Source: Basidiobolus meristosporus CBS 931.73 (taxonomy: Eukaryota > Fungi > Basidiobolomycota). Taken from it: DNA of 64,000 nucleotides. Within the stretch, counting starts at the first letter, position 1. Every line of letters begins with the position of its first letter. The notes under the pieces were generated by a model. The model searched no databases and had not been told where the DNA came from. It saw only the letters and a program-made list of their open reading frames with translations. A program made the translations under genes and the position numbers. The DNA lies in NCBI GenBank assembly GCA_002104905.1, contig MCFE01000467.1, positions 6,219-70,218 on the forward strand, in the 5' to 3' direction. Below are positions 25,501 to 37,577 of the stretch, piece after piece.

Positions 25501-27088
25501 GAGAATCTTCCCGGGTAAAACAGATACTCGAGGAACACGTGCTTCATATCCTCCGAGGAACTCTGTAGCAAAGAATCGAAGTAGTTCACGTCCACCTCGG
25601 GCTTTAGTGCAGATATGATTGACCACCACCTTTGGCCATAGTTGGATTGATCTTTGCTGTCCTCAATGTCGGCGTGGAAATACAGCGGGATTTGGGTCAT
25701 TTTCAAGACGGCTTGGTTTTGTCTGTCCCACAACGTCCACAGAGACCAAAGATTGTCTTTGCTTCTTCTGGGGGGTGCAATCTGGAACTCAACCAGCGTC
25801 TCCAGCGCTTGACCTCTACCTTGGCTGAGGAGGCACGCCCTCTTGTACACCAACTCCAAATCAATTAGGTTTCCTGAGCAGTCCACATGGCCACGGAAGA
25901 CGCCAAAGTATGGGTCCGATTCGGAAGGAACGTACACGACAAGGTTGAATACCGATCCGTCCGTTTCTGCCTCCGCCTCCGCCTTGACTACCTGGATATA
26001 GGGTCTGGGAAGAGGTGGGAGAGGGATTTCTGGCTGCGACGACTCCGAGTCATACAGCGAGATGGTTTTGACGCACGATTGAGTACTCAGTGACCACACC
26101 TTGATCTTCCTATCACGGCACAACGAGAATACGAACGCATTCAGCGACAGGTAGTCGAAGGAAGCGAGCGATATCGGCTGAGAAAGTGAGGATCTGCTGA
26201 CCTCGGATGCGCCGTATTCAGAACTGCCGAGCTTCGAAAGGAATCGACTGGGAACGATGGGAAGGAAGCTCTTCACTTGCGATAAGAAATTGTTCTCCAA
26301 AAGGTTGTATTGACGGAAGGAGTCTACAGATGGATTAGTATGGGGCCACTCAACTTTCATGTGACGTCAAACAAACCTGGGGTTGCTTCAAACTCGTTTT
26401 CGCCATAGTTTTGCTCTATCTGGCCTCCGCAAGCTAGGTCTATGGCTGTGAGAGAGCCGTTGCTAAAGGTGACAACCGCGAGCTCGGCATTAACGGAATG
26501 AAACAAGATGGGTTCGCAGTTGGCGGGGATATCAAGTCTATAATACTTGCAGTAGTCTCTGGGCAAGGGGTTCGCGTGGAAAAGATTGTTGAAAGGGAAG
26601 GAGAATCGATACAGAAGCCCTGTTTCCACCAGCAGGAAGCAATTGAGGGTCCGAGAGTCGTAATCCTCGTAGAAGGATACCCCCGGTTGGATTTTGGAGG
26701 AGAGGAAGAAATAGACTGGCTTTGAAGACTCGATTTCGTCGTATTGAAAAATAGCCGCCGAGCGTGGGCCCCCTTGAAGTTCAAGTCCATCTCCGATCGG
26801 AGGCGTAACCAACGAGAGATGTCTGAATTCCAGAATTCTCCCGTCACCGATTACCCGCCACGCTATAAGGTTATTCAGTTGGAAGGATACCCTGTAGGTA
26901 GAGCCAAAGGAGGGCTCTTCAGTTTCCAGCGACAGACTTGGGGATGGTCTTGGAAGATCTTCATCCAACAAATCTTCCGGGTATGGGACATTGTGACAGA
27001 GGGGAGCAGCGTTACTAGAGCAGAAGTCCAACTGCAAAGGGACCTCCTTATACCACCAAAACGATTCTGGGTTCTGTATGGCTGGCAT
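22522..27088 (-). CDS. NUP160: Nucleoporin Nup160/Nup120 (Y-complex), about 1500 aa, one intron and one apparent 1-bp frameshift near 25176
   Basis: Beta-propeller FSLCRDRKIKVWSL; helical C-terminus AYLAIMSNP..DCLRHLLTVMCE..NYYKILYVYHVFRGDYRNAAAAMY..YLAAINAL; intron about 26376-26327. Confidence 0.9.
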
Positions 27089-27297
27089 AATTCTATTCTT
27101 TGAACAAAAGAATTGTTCAACAGAGTGCTTGTGTATGGTGGGGCTGAAAAATAGCTATGCTAGCGTGTTTTCCTCCAGAGACACGCGAAATTGACGAAAA
27201 AAAAAGACAAAATATTGGATGGAGTCTGGTGGGATGATGATTGGCATTTATCGTAATAATAAACATCGAGCTTAACTCGATGCATTGAATCCGGCTC

Positions 27298-27307
27298 GTC
27301 ACGTGAC
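27298..27307. promoter_or_regulatory. Palindromic E-box GTCACGTGAC upstream of NUP160
   Basis: Perfect palindrome about 210 bp upstream of the NUP160 ATG. Confidence 0.55.
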
Positions 27308-27411
27308 TCGTTGTTCTACTATTAACTTTATTGAGGGTAAAAATTTACAACACCAGAGAGAAGGGATTTCTTTAGAGCAGCCTCGACATACACTCTCAAT
27401 CTCAGCGAAAG

Positions 27412-28722
27412 CTACAAGAAGAAGCGTCTTCTACTAGTCTCCATCTCCGGCTTGAAGATCCATTCGTATTCGCCGTTCTTGGGGTCAAACAGCCCCTTCT
27501 GTAGCCACTTGAGCTTCAACGTGAAGCGGGGCCCAAGTTCCTGGAGATCGGCGCGCTTACCACTCTTGAACACGTATCTGGCACAAACAACAGGTTAGTG
27601 AATGGACCATCGAAGCGCTACACTACACTCTCGCATACCTGTGGCGGCGGAAGAAGATGAAATCACGCTGGTTATGGAAGGTAGCCACCTGACGTCCTTG
27701 GAACTCAGGGACATGTGGGAAGAGCGAGGTGAACATTCTTCCGATAGTGTGACCAAGTCGGGTGTTGAAGTTGTTCATGATGATTTCGGGTTTGTGGGCA
27801 GAGGAGCGACCATGACCCTGGAGCGGGAACGTTAGACTCGGGAGCTTGTGCGAGGTGGATGTGTCTCACATTCTTACCTGAATACGCTTGCCAGGGACGA
27901 TCGAGCTCAATTTGAAATATGCCGTGGGTCCATTGGGTAAATGCACTAGGGTCACGGCATCTATTGGAACCGATGTTAGCTTGGACCCCACGATAGAGCA
28001 TCATTCTCGCACTTACTAGGCTCCTTTCGATCCTCATTGACGATCATGACGTCGGTATAGTCTCTGTTGATGCAGAACTGCACGATATCCTGGATCTCGA
28101 ATTGGGACTTTCTTTTGACGAACTCGGAGTTGGGGAACACCGATAGAAGCTCCTCAGCGAATTCGTAGACGCCCTTTGTGGGAAAAGGGAAGGCGAGGTG
28201 AGTGTTGTGAACCAATGTCAAGTGGGTGCTATAGAAGATTCGTACTGGGCTGGGTCTTTTACTGGTCGTGATCAGCATTTTGGGGGCTTTACCATCGAAG
28301 TACTGGGCAAACTCGTCCTGAGCCTCGTCTTCAGCGACCTGTTGAGTGCATTGAAACACAGCACGGTTAGGTACATGGAAACTATGGTCCGCGTCCGGTG
28401 TCCATTCTCAAGGCCTACCTCTTCGTCATTCTCGACGATGGTCTCATCGAATTCCCTGGTGTTTTCCAAAGTCTTCGGAACGTTTTCCTTCAGACGTTCC
28501 TGAAAAGAGAGAGTGTGTCCTTTAGGGGAAGGGGTCTAGAAACGGTCTGCTTCCTGCGCACAAACCTCTTTCTTCTCGGGATTCGCGAGCTCCTCCTGGC
28601 GACGTCTCTCGCGTGCGTCTCTCTTCCTCTTGGCCTTCTGCTGCTTCTGCTTCAGGTGAAGCTCCTCACGCTTGATTTTATTCTTGACGTCGGCCAAGTT
28701 CACTCTGGAAACCTTCACTCAT
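27412..28722 (-). CDS. RPF1: Brix-domain ribosome biogenesis factor RPF1, spliced, with an apparent 1-bp frameshift near 28710
   Basis: [78 protein letters not shown]. Confidence 0.93.
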
Positions 28723-28892
28723 GTCTATGTTACTCTAAAGCCGTAGCTGCCAAGCGATGAGCCTCAGGCAGTGTACTGTATCGATGATGGATTTTTTTTA
28801 ACTTTTTTTTTGTTTGAACCAGTTCATTCGTGGACCGGGAGCAGCAGAAAATCGGCAATCACTCAGCAGTAAATCAGATATTATTTATTTAT

Positions 28893-31800
28893 CTATTTTG
28901 ATTGGAAAAGTTTGCCATGGGGGAACCATTTTCTGGCCATCTCCTTGAACTCCTCGCCTCTGGAGGATTTGAGCACTTGGACCAGGGCCTCGTATGCGGC
29001 GCTGACGTTCTACAAATTCAATCGGGTTAGCGGCGTGTCTCCGCACAGGTGGGTGGGGATCTCGTGTGTACTATACCTTAAGGGTGCGTGTTGGCTCGTA
29101 TTCGCTGTTGGCGATTTGGAAAAGCAAGGCCTCGGCCTCGGATTGCTTGGATGAATCGATCAAGTAGATTACCTCGCTGGTGGCAATCAAGGCGGGAACC
29201 GATCCTTTGTTGTTCTCCAAGAATTGTTGGTTGAATTTGTCGAGTGGGGTATCGCGGGAATAAAGCTCAGCGAATTCTTGGTCAATAACCTTGCGAACAA
29301 CTGGATGGAGCTCACCAGCCGCACTCACGGCCTGTTGAAGGCGGACGATTTGCTTATGAAGAGCAGGGTTTTGGGCGTCGATGCGGTGGGCGTGCTTCAG
29401 GGCCTTGAGGGCAAGAAGGTACTTCTGCTGTCTGAGATAGATCTCAAATCCTTGAAGGTGGGTTTCGATGCGGTTGCCAGCCAATTCTTGGAGAGGAATG
29501 AGGAACTGCAGAGCATCTCTCAAAGGATTCTCGCTGTTGACATATTTGTCTCCGTTGGGATCCTCGTCGACCTTCTTGTTGACTTGGTTCTTGTGGCTCT
29601 CGTCCTTGGCTTGGGCCTTCTTGGACTCGGCCTCCTGTTGACCCTTGAGGGCGGCCTTGCGCTGCTTGTTCTTGTACTTCTTGATTTCGGAAGGAGTCAT
29701 GTTGGCGAAGTTGGCTTGGTCGATTTCTTCCTGGGTCTTCTTTGGGTTGTCGTGGAGGTAGAGATAGTGCTTGACGGCGTTCTGGGCAGCACGGAAGTAG
29801 TAAGGGTGGGATCTAAGCTGGTCCTCTAGACGGAGGAGACCAACATATGCACGAATGGTGGTTTTGCGCAAGCAGTATGTGTGGAAGTCGAACTGGTCAT
29901 CGGTGAACTCGTTGAAGTGCTTTTGGACTTGGATGGTAGTGTTTGAGCGCTCTGCCGATCTGGTTTTGTCTGGCGAAGCTTTCGCCAGACTCCAGGGCGA
30001 ACCACATGCATTGCATGTCAACGAGATCGCTGAGTGGGTCGGTGCTGTCATTTCTGGTGAAGAGGGTGATGGTTTTTTCGGCATCGGACACCTGATCGTT
30101 CCTCAACATGTACTTGGTACACTTGGAGTTGATGCATCTATCCTGGAGATCGAGCTCACGTCCCTCGTTCAAGCACTTGGCAGCTGCTTCGAAGTCTCCG
30201 GTGTGCTTGAGGATACGACCCTTGGTCATGTACAGCTCAACCATGGTGGGGGTATGCTCAATTGCTTTGTCGATGTATTCGAGTGCTTTCTCGATCTGCT
30301 GGGTGCGGTCATAGTGCTGTGCAAGGTAGTACAGAGTCCAGAGATAGGCGGTGGGAAGCTCCTTGTCCTCTAAATTAAGTGGCAGAGAGAGAGGTGAGGT
30401 CACATGAGAGATTGGGTGAGCGCAGTGGTGGTTGTCATACCTCTGTCTTCGGTGAATTTGCCAGTTTCGAGGTAATTCTTCAGGTAGCCCTCCAAGAGGT
30501 CTTCGATGATCTTAACCTTCTCGCTGTTGGTGTAGAGATCTTTGAGGTTGACGAACAAAGAGGGGACTCCTTTTCTCAATTGCTGCTGAAGGTAGATCGC
30601 TACCTGTTGCTTGAATTGCTCACCTGTTGAATGGTTTTCAGGTTGGCTATGCGAGGTATAGTTCGAGGGATTGCACATGCTTACCATTGACCAGAGACAA
30701 GGGGTATCTCTTGAGGAGGTTCGACCGGGGATAAGTGGCAATCAATTCCTGGATAAGCTCGATCGCTTGGCTATCTTCATTGCCACTGAGATTGTCTGGG
30801 TCGGGGGTTAGGGTCACGATATATAAAACATTGCATCAAGTGCTTCTACCTTTCTTGTATCCGCGACAGGCCAAGAGACCATCGATATAGGCTCTGCAGT
30901 CAGGATTCTCGTCGACGAGGCCTCGGTAGACCTTCTCAGCCTCTTCCAGTCTTTCCAGTTGAAGAAGGAATTGTGCTATACCAGATGAGATTCAGTCCGG
31001 GTCCTAAACGACTCCGTAGACAGCCAACATTACCTCTCTTTTCCTTCAAAGAGCGACGATCGCACACAACATCTTCTATCTCCTTCAAGTGCTCCAAAGC
31101 CTTCTCGATGTCACCGCTTTCCTCAATGATCATGTTCTTGTACATAGCCAACTCACTGTTCTCAAAATCGGGCCCTTTTGGTTTTTCCTATCGATTTCCA
31201 ACTTAGACAACTCCATTGGATGTTGCTTGCGGAGTTCACCTACCTTAAGAGTCTCTTCGTAGGAGGTGAGCACATTAATGGCTGCGTCGTAGTTCTTCAT
31301 CAGGTGATAGGCGATGGCAAGGGAAACCCAGAAGGCTCTGTTTTGAGGTCTAAGCTCAAGGAGTTGATGACTGGCATCCTAATGGATTTGGTCGTTAAGC
31401 ACTGGTTTGGTTTCAAAGCGACGAACGAGTAGCATTACACAGAATCCTTCGTAGTTACGCATTTGAATATGCAAAAGGGAGTAGTCACGCAGGATTTGGA
31501 GATTTTCCTAAAGAGAATCCATAAGTAATGGAGCCTCCGGACAGTAAACTCGGGTTCACCGTACTTTGTCATACTTCAAAGCGTGAGTGTAGCATTTCAA
31601 AGCTTCTTCGTAGTTTTTGTCGGATCGGTACAACAATCCGAAGACGTGCCAACCTTAAAAAACGAAAGCATGTCAGAGAGGAGAAAACTAGACAACGCTA
31701 AGGCTCTATATACAGATGTGACTTCTGAGGTTGTTGCGAAGACCCTTGCGGACGAAATCATAAGCCTCCTCTTTCCTGTCCAAGTGGTTCAAAAAAAGTC

Positions 31801-32084
31801 CCTTCATGGCCAATGTTTCTAAAGGAGGGTGGTTGTTTTCGGTGAGTGGTCAGGGAATACAGCAAGGAAGGAAAAGACGTTTTCTGCCGTACCTCCATGG
31901 TTGGGGAACTTCTTAAGAATCTGTTCGGCAGTTTTGAGACCCTTTTTGTACTGTCTATGCTCATAAAATTTCTAAAAAGCGCAAGGGCAGTGTGGTCAGT
32001 ATCACGACACCGGAGGAGGCTCGTTCAGGAAGGAAATACCAAAATGGTTTTGAAAAGAGCTGTCTCCCTTTGAGGTAGATCCAT
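28893..32084 (-). CDS. NAA15: NatA auxiliary subunit NAA15/NAT1, spliced, with an apparent 1-bp frameshift near 29931
   Basis: [92 protein letters not shown]. Confidence 0.94.
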
Positions 32085-32340
32085 ATTTTGAAATTCACAA
32101 GATCAAGGAAAGCGAAGACTCACGCCTAGTTTGGAACAGAGTATGCACCACTTGCGACGATATTTGATGCCAGCAGGTAGGCTTTTTTTTTCGGAGTCGA
32201 TTCTGTGCAGATTTCACATATTCTCTAGATCCCAGTAATCATAGCTGTTGAACAACCCAATGAAATCGACGTAATCCGCCAGTCACCTGACCCGACGGGA
32301 GTGCTTAGAGCCTCAGTAAAGCAACTCTGCCTGAAGAGAC

Positions 32341-32972
32341 ATGACCACCAATCTACAAGCCCATATCGACAAGCTAATAAAGAGGTACTAAGACGTCTGG
32401 TACATTGCCGTCGGAAAAGTTACTGATGTTTTCCACAGAGTAGATGGACTTGAAGCCGTTCTGATAACCGACAGGGATGGTGTCATCATTCTTCAAGGTA
32501 TCTCGGGTTAAATGAGAGTGGCAAGAATCAGTTTGTTTGTTAAGCATTATTACGTGGACAGCCTCCGGAGAAAATGCATCTTCCAAATTGCTGGAGCCCA
32601 TACTTTCCAATACCTTTGTGGTAGCCAGCGATCAGGTACGCTTCTCGAGGACGGCCCCACGCCTTTCGCACGACTAATGGACCCTTCGCACTAGGCTAGT
32701 AAGCTCGGGCTCAAGAAGAACCACAGTATAGTGAATATATTTGGCCTACATCAGATAGTGCAGTTCAACTTTTTCCCCTCGTGCTGTCACTTGTGGCCGA
32801 CGCCGAAGCCAACACAGGTACGGTAAACATGTCTCCACGCTTCGTTGAATGTACCGCTAAATCGGAAACATGCACAGGTGTATTGATGGACCTCGGAAAT
32901 GAGCTCAAGCCCCTGACCGATGTCATCATTGCCGCGATTAGTGAGCAGAAGCCGAAAGACGACGAGCAGTAA
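32341..32972 (+). CDS. LAMTOR3: Ragulator subunit LAMTOR3/MP1 (roadblock fold), spliced
   Basis: VDGLEAVLITDRDGVIIL..ASKLGLKKNHSIV..QIVQFNFSPLVLSLVADAEANT|GVLMDLGNEL. Confidence 0.88.
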
Positions 32973-33063
32973 TAAACAGGAATAAACAGCATTCATCCAT
33001 ATTATGAAGATTGGTTTATTTGTACATGTGAGGTGGGAACGAAGGAGCAAATAGAGGAACTTT

Positions 33064-34245
33064 CTAGGCATCCACATGGGCTAGGAAGTCATCGATGTTC
33101 AAGTAAACCCCTCTGAAATGGCGGGGTCCGGAGAATCCGGTGCGGGCGTGGAGCATCTGGTAATTGTTGTAGAGGACCAGGTCGCCAGACTTCAGGGAGA
33201 AACGAAGCTGGTTCTCAGGCTGGCGTACGAAGGAGGAGAATCGATTGTAGGCCCGGTACCACTCCTCCATCAACTCGAAGGAGGTTTGGTGCGGGGCCAT
33301 GGTGAAGTAGGAGTATCTGATCTTTCGGATGGTGGGCTCTTCCAAGGTGGAGCCTGGAGTGAGCTCGATGATGGGCGTGCGCAAAGACTTCTGGTATTTG
33401 GCTTGCTTGCGGTCGAATTGGATGGGAATGCTGGCCAGAAGATCAAACGCGTGACGATCCAACTCGTTTCGAAGGTAGAGTGCGGATTGCACCGAGTTCA
33501 CCAGATAGCTGTCCCCACCCTCGGTAGCTGGGGTAATGCATTGCAAGAACTGGATCCCTGGTGCCTCCTCCATGTAGGGCAGATCGGTATGAAGGTCAAC
33601 CCCGTGGTTGGTGTATCCCAGCTGGTCGGTGTTGCTGTTGGTCTTGTTGTCGGTCCGAAGATCCTCGATGCGACCGAAATGGGAACTGATGACCTCCTTG
33701 TCTTCGGCTATGAAGTCGTGGATGATTTGCTCGGTATCGAGTCCTCGATTGCGGATGACCACTGCCCCATGCAGCTTGAAACGCTCGGCAATTGCCTTAT
33801 GGTACGCTTTGAAGCCCTCTGCGGAGAGCGGGTGGCCTGCACTTATGTCCTCCTGAGTGGGAGGGTACTGCTCGAGGTACTCTTGGAAATCGACCTCCAC
33901 CTTGCTCGTGTCACTCACTGGGAGTGGGGTGGCTTGGCGATTTCTGGCATAGGCGTATTCGTTGAGGAATGCGAATGAGTATGTGGATGCATGGCCATCG
34001 TCCCATTCGATGGCAATGCCTTCCACCCCATCTTCGCTTTTGACGACCTGCTTGGGAGTAACTGACAAGGGAATCTGGGTGGAATCGATAATCCTCTCGC
34101 CAGTCTGGGGATGTCTGCAGCCGTTGAAGCAGGGGCAGTTGTGACGGAGCCAGAAATGGTGGAAATCGGCGTGGTCGTCGGTGGCGGGGAAGTAGACGCG
34201 CAGGTATGTGGAGTAGATGGAGGCAAGAGTATGTTCCGGGACCAT
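33064..34245 (-). CDS. Fe(II)/2-oxoglutarate dioxygenase of the gamma-butyrobetaine/trimethyllysine hydroxylase (TauD-like) family, 393 aa, intronless
   Basis: N-terminal Zn-type motif FWLRHNCPCFNGCRH..WDDGH; HTD facial triad; LQCITPATEGGDS; distal NYQMLHARTGF..RHFRGVY. Confidence 0.88.
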   Translation of the reverse strand: MVPEHTLASIYSTYLRVYFPATDDHADFHHFWLRHNCPCFNGCRHPQTGERIIDSTQIPLSVTPKQVVKSEDGVEGIAIEWDDGHASTYSFAFLNEYAYARNRQATPLPVSDTSKVEVDFQEYLEQYPPTQEDISAGHPLSAEGFKAYHKAIAERFKLHGAVVIRNRGLDTEQIIHDFIAEDKEVISSHFGRIEDLRTDNKTNSNTDQLGYTNHGVDLHTDLPYMEEAPGIQFLQCITPATEGGDSYLVNSVQSALYLRNELDRHAFDLLASIPIQFDRKQAKYQKSLRTPIIELTPGSTLEEPTIRKIRYSYFTMAPHQTSFELMEEWYRAYNRFSSFVRQPENQLRFSLKSGDLVLYNNYQMLHARTGFSGPRHFRGVYLNIDDFLAHVDA

Positions 34246-34986
34246 GGTTGAGAAGGTGTGTAGAGAAAGTCAAGCGGTTGTAATGATTGACAGAAGGCTG
34301 GGCTGGCCGACTTATAAGTGTAGGTTGACCTCAGCCAGCCTTAGACCAGCCTCATATTGCGCCATCATTAGCGATGATGAGTTGGAACATGCTACGGATG
34401 GCGTGATTTTAGACAAGTTGACTAAATGTTCAGTCGAAAGATGACTAATGCTACCAACACTTGATAGGTCGCCCAGCATCATCCCGCCAGGGCAACGATG
34501 ATCCATGAACGCGAGCGTTTAGGATGGCGAGAGAATGCCACCAATTCTCCAGAGTTGGATGGGCGAGCACCAATCCTTCAGCTGCGTCCAGTTTAGCCAC
34601 GGTTCTCATCGTACATCAGTCTGCGCTTTGTGCAGGCTCGGTTAGGTGATACAAGCATTGGAACAGCCTGCTGCGATTCGCCTGTACTGGCTGGGAAGCT
34701 GGGAAGCTGTGATGTATAAAGAGTAACCTAGGTTTATTCCATATTTCTTGGAGGTGTACAAAATGGATACAACTTTCCCTATTTGTTGGTCTATTTTCCA
34801 TTTTTGGCTCTTTGTGCATAGCGCTGGTATTGGTTGGGTAGTTGGGCACCTACCAAGAATCTTATGAGCTACTAGCCGTTTCAAACATACCAAGTCACCT
34901 TTCTTGGCTGTACATACCCAATATTCCACTGTTACTCTTTTTCGTGCAAATTACAAAGGGTCGAGCCTTTGTTTGAGTGAGATTTC

Positions 34987-37206
34987 ATGGGGTCAGAAGA
35001 AGGCTCCGAACTCCAATATGCTATGGGAGGCACCCCTCCAGGCGACACTTATTTCGACGACAATTTGGTATTCAACGTTCAACAGCGTACAGAGTTGAAC
35101 TTCTACGTGCGGTATGTGGTGAAAGATGTTTGGAGGCAACTTTCCTTTCCGAGGACCGAAACTGTTGCGCATGCAAAGCAGATGTGTCTTGTAAAGTGCG
35201 GCATCACCTCTCAGCAGAATCTGTCTTTCCCTACTCCAGTTTCCTCAAGTGTGTCTTCAGACCGGGACACTGAGAATTCGGACGAGTCACTATCTACAGA
35301 AACCGACTGGACCATGGAGTACGGGTTATTTTGGCCCGCCGCTGTAAGCCATGTAACCACTGTTTGCTTCCACGGCCTATTTACCGAGTTGTTTTGAAAC
35401 ATAGGGACATTGGCTAGATGACTCTAGACGCCTAGCTACCTATCAATTCGCACCACAGGTAATTACTTCCCTCAGTTACTCTTTCAAATCCGACCATCGA
35501 CTGATTTACCCGTCGCCATTGCTTTGACAGGATATAATCGAGGTGCAACAGCGCAACAACTTTATTCTATTGCCAGTGAGTGCGATTTTGCCTGAGTCTT
35601 CTGTTTGACTGGTTGTTCATCATATCCTATCTACAGATGTTGAATTACTTCGATAGCTATGCCGAAGGTTATTTGCTAAAAAGATGCGGTAGAGGCCTTT
35701 CGCACAATTGGGGCCTGCGATGGTTCTGCTTGCGTGGCAAGCTGATATGTTACTCGCGTAAAGCCAAGGTAAATGCATGTCACATACTCGCCACCAGAGG
35801 AAAATCAAACGTATTCATCTCCGAGGTTACAGGACTTTTCAAGCGCCGTCGTACATATCTATGACCCCTTCTTATTCATGGAGGAGTCCCATTTTAAATC
35901 AGATGAACATAGCCTACAGTTCTCAATACAGTTTCCCAACAAAACATTGGAATTGAAAGCCACCACCCATCAGGCAAGTGCAATCCAATGACTGAACAGC
36001 TGCTGCCTGGTGCTGATTGCTCTGTTTCTAGGAGTTCGTACACTGGCGCCGGGTCTTCCAAAACCTTCAGAGGAAAGAGTTCCTTAGCGCGACCACGCCG
36101 CAAGACTGCAGAAACCATATCGCCAACATGGACCAAATCCACAGAGGTGAAAGCAACTGATCACCTAGCGGAAAGGAACGAGCCAAGGGCCAGGACCAAA
36201 TCACTCGTATCAATCTTCACCAGTAATATAAGACGACCAGCAATGCTATTTTTACACACCTGCTAATACTCTGTTTTGATCTCCAGAAACCAGCCACTTT
36301 ATACCAAAGACCCGCCGAGAAAGCAACCCAGTGGACACAGTGCCGGAGCAAGTGATGCCAGTGCTAAGAGCATACTTTCAAACATGCGGTGAGCCAGAGT
36401 CTGTGTATGTTGGCGTAAAGCCAAAGAGATTGTTCATATTCAAAAACGGCACTGTATGTGAAATCCCATGACCGTGCTTATACGCGATGTGCTAACACCT
36501 ATTACACAGCATTCCCACCACAAAGAGCGTACCATATCTTTGACGAACACCATTGTAGAAGTGGAACATCACTCAGCTAGCCGTTTGATGTTTGCCTTCA
36601 GCATAAAGAACTCTGCACTCGATATAATAAACACCCCCGGCGGCACCATTGGGAGACTTTATGTTGAGAATGAGGTCGAAGTGAAGGAGTGGCTGACAGT
36701 ATTGATTGAAAAAGCGGGTAGGTATCCAAGCCACTTGTGCCTGTGATCAATCAGACTAATAGCCCTTGAAACCCATCATAGAAGTGCAAGTTTCCTTTGC
36801 AAACATCAAGCCATTCATATCTGAAATCATCACATCAGAGCCTGATGACGGATACTCCGCGTCCCCACCCACTACGCCCACGAGTCTATATGGCTCGGAC
36901 TTTACCAATTTTCCCTTCACCGCATCCAAACACAGCATCCCCAATCGACAAAGCCTCAAGGATTACTTTGAAGAGGTACTCACCCACCCCGCGCATTGTC
37001 TCCTCTCACTCATATTAACGAATATTCTGCAGCTGCACACCACAACAAAAGCGGTAGGTATCTCTAACCAGCTGTCAGAAGATACCGACATCTCGCGATC
37101 AGCCCCTACGCCCGCACCACACTGCTTCAACTCTCATAGGATCACCAAAAAAACCTCGCAACGCTTTCCCGCCACATTTTGGAAGCGTCGAGGCTCCATC
37201 ATATGA
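34987..37206 (+). CDS. Protein with an N-terminal talin-F0-like ubiquitin fold and two PH-like domains, multi-exon, with an apparent frameshift near 36065
   Basis: Spliced reconstruction EYGLFWPAA|GHWLDDSRRLATYQFAPQ|DIIEVQQR; PH1 EGYLLKR..NWGLRWFCLRG..FSIQFPNKTLELKATTHQ|EFVHWRRVF; PH2 ends LYVENEVEVKEWLTVL. Confidence 0.72.
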
Positions 37207-37577
37207 AGTCAGACTAATCCAACCAAACCCGTGTAATCATAGGAGGGCTCTGAATACGCATAATCACAAGTGGTGTATATTGTTAACCACCAAGTTCCAA
37301 TTTTGTTCATTTGTAAATTAAAGCTTGCCCCATTAATCACTACCCACCGACGATGTTAAAAGCACAGTTTAATACTTTCCTATGATTAAAGAATAGTGGA
37401 AGGCTATATACCAGAAATGACGTACTAGGAGGTGTGGTAGAGGAGAACCAATGTACAGGAACCCATAGACGCTGAGTTGGAGCATGGTGTTCGGCTTTAA
37501 ACAAGCTTCTTTGAAAGGGGGATTCTATGGTTGCGGCAACAAAGAAATGTGCGAAAGCGGTTGACGTTGGTCAACAG

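Noticed and set aside
23134-33978. Antisense ORFs over NUP160 (23134-24210, 24538-25056), NAA15 (29224-29829) and the dioxygenase (33118-33978)
   Set aside because: Shadows of GC3-rich sense genes with no independent motifs.
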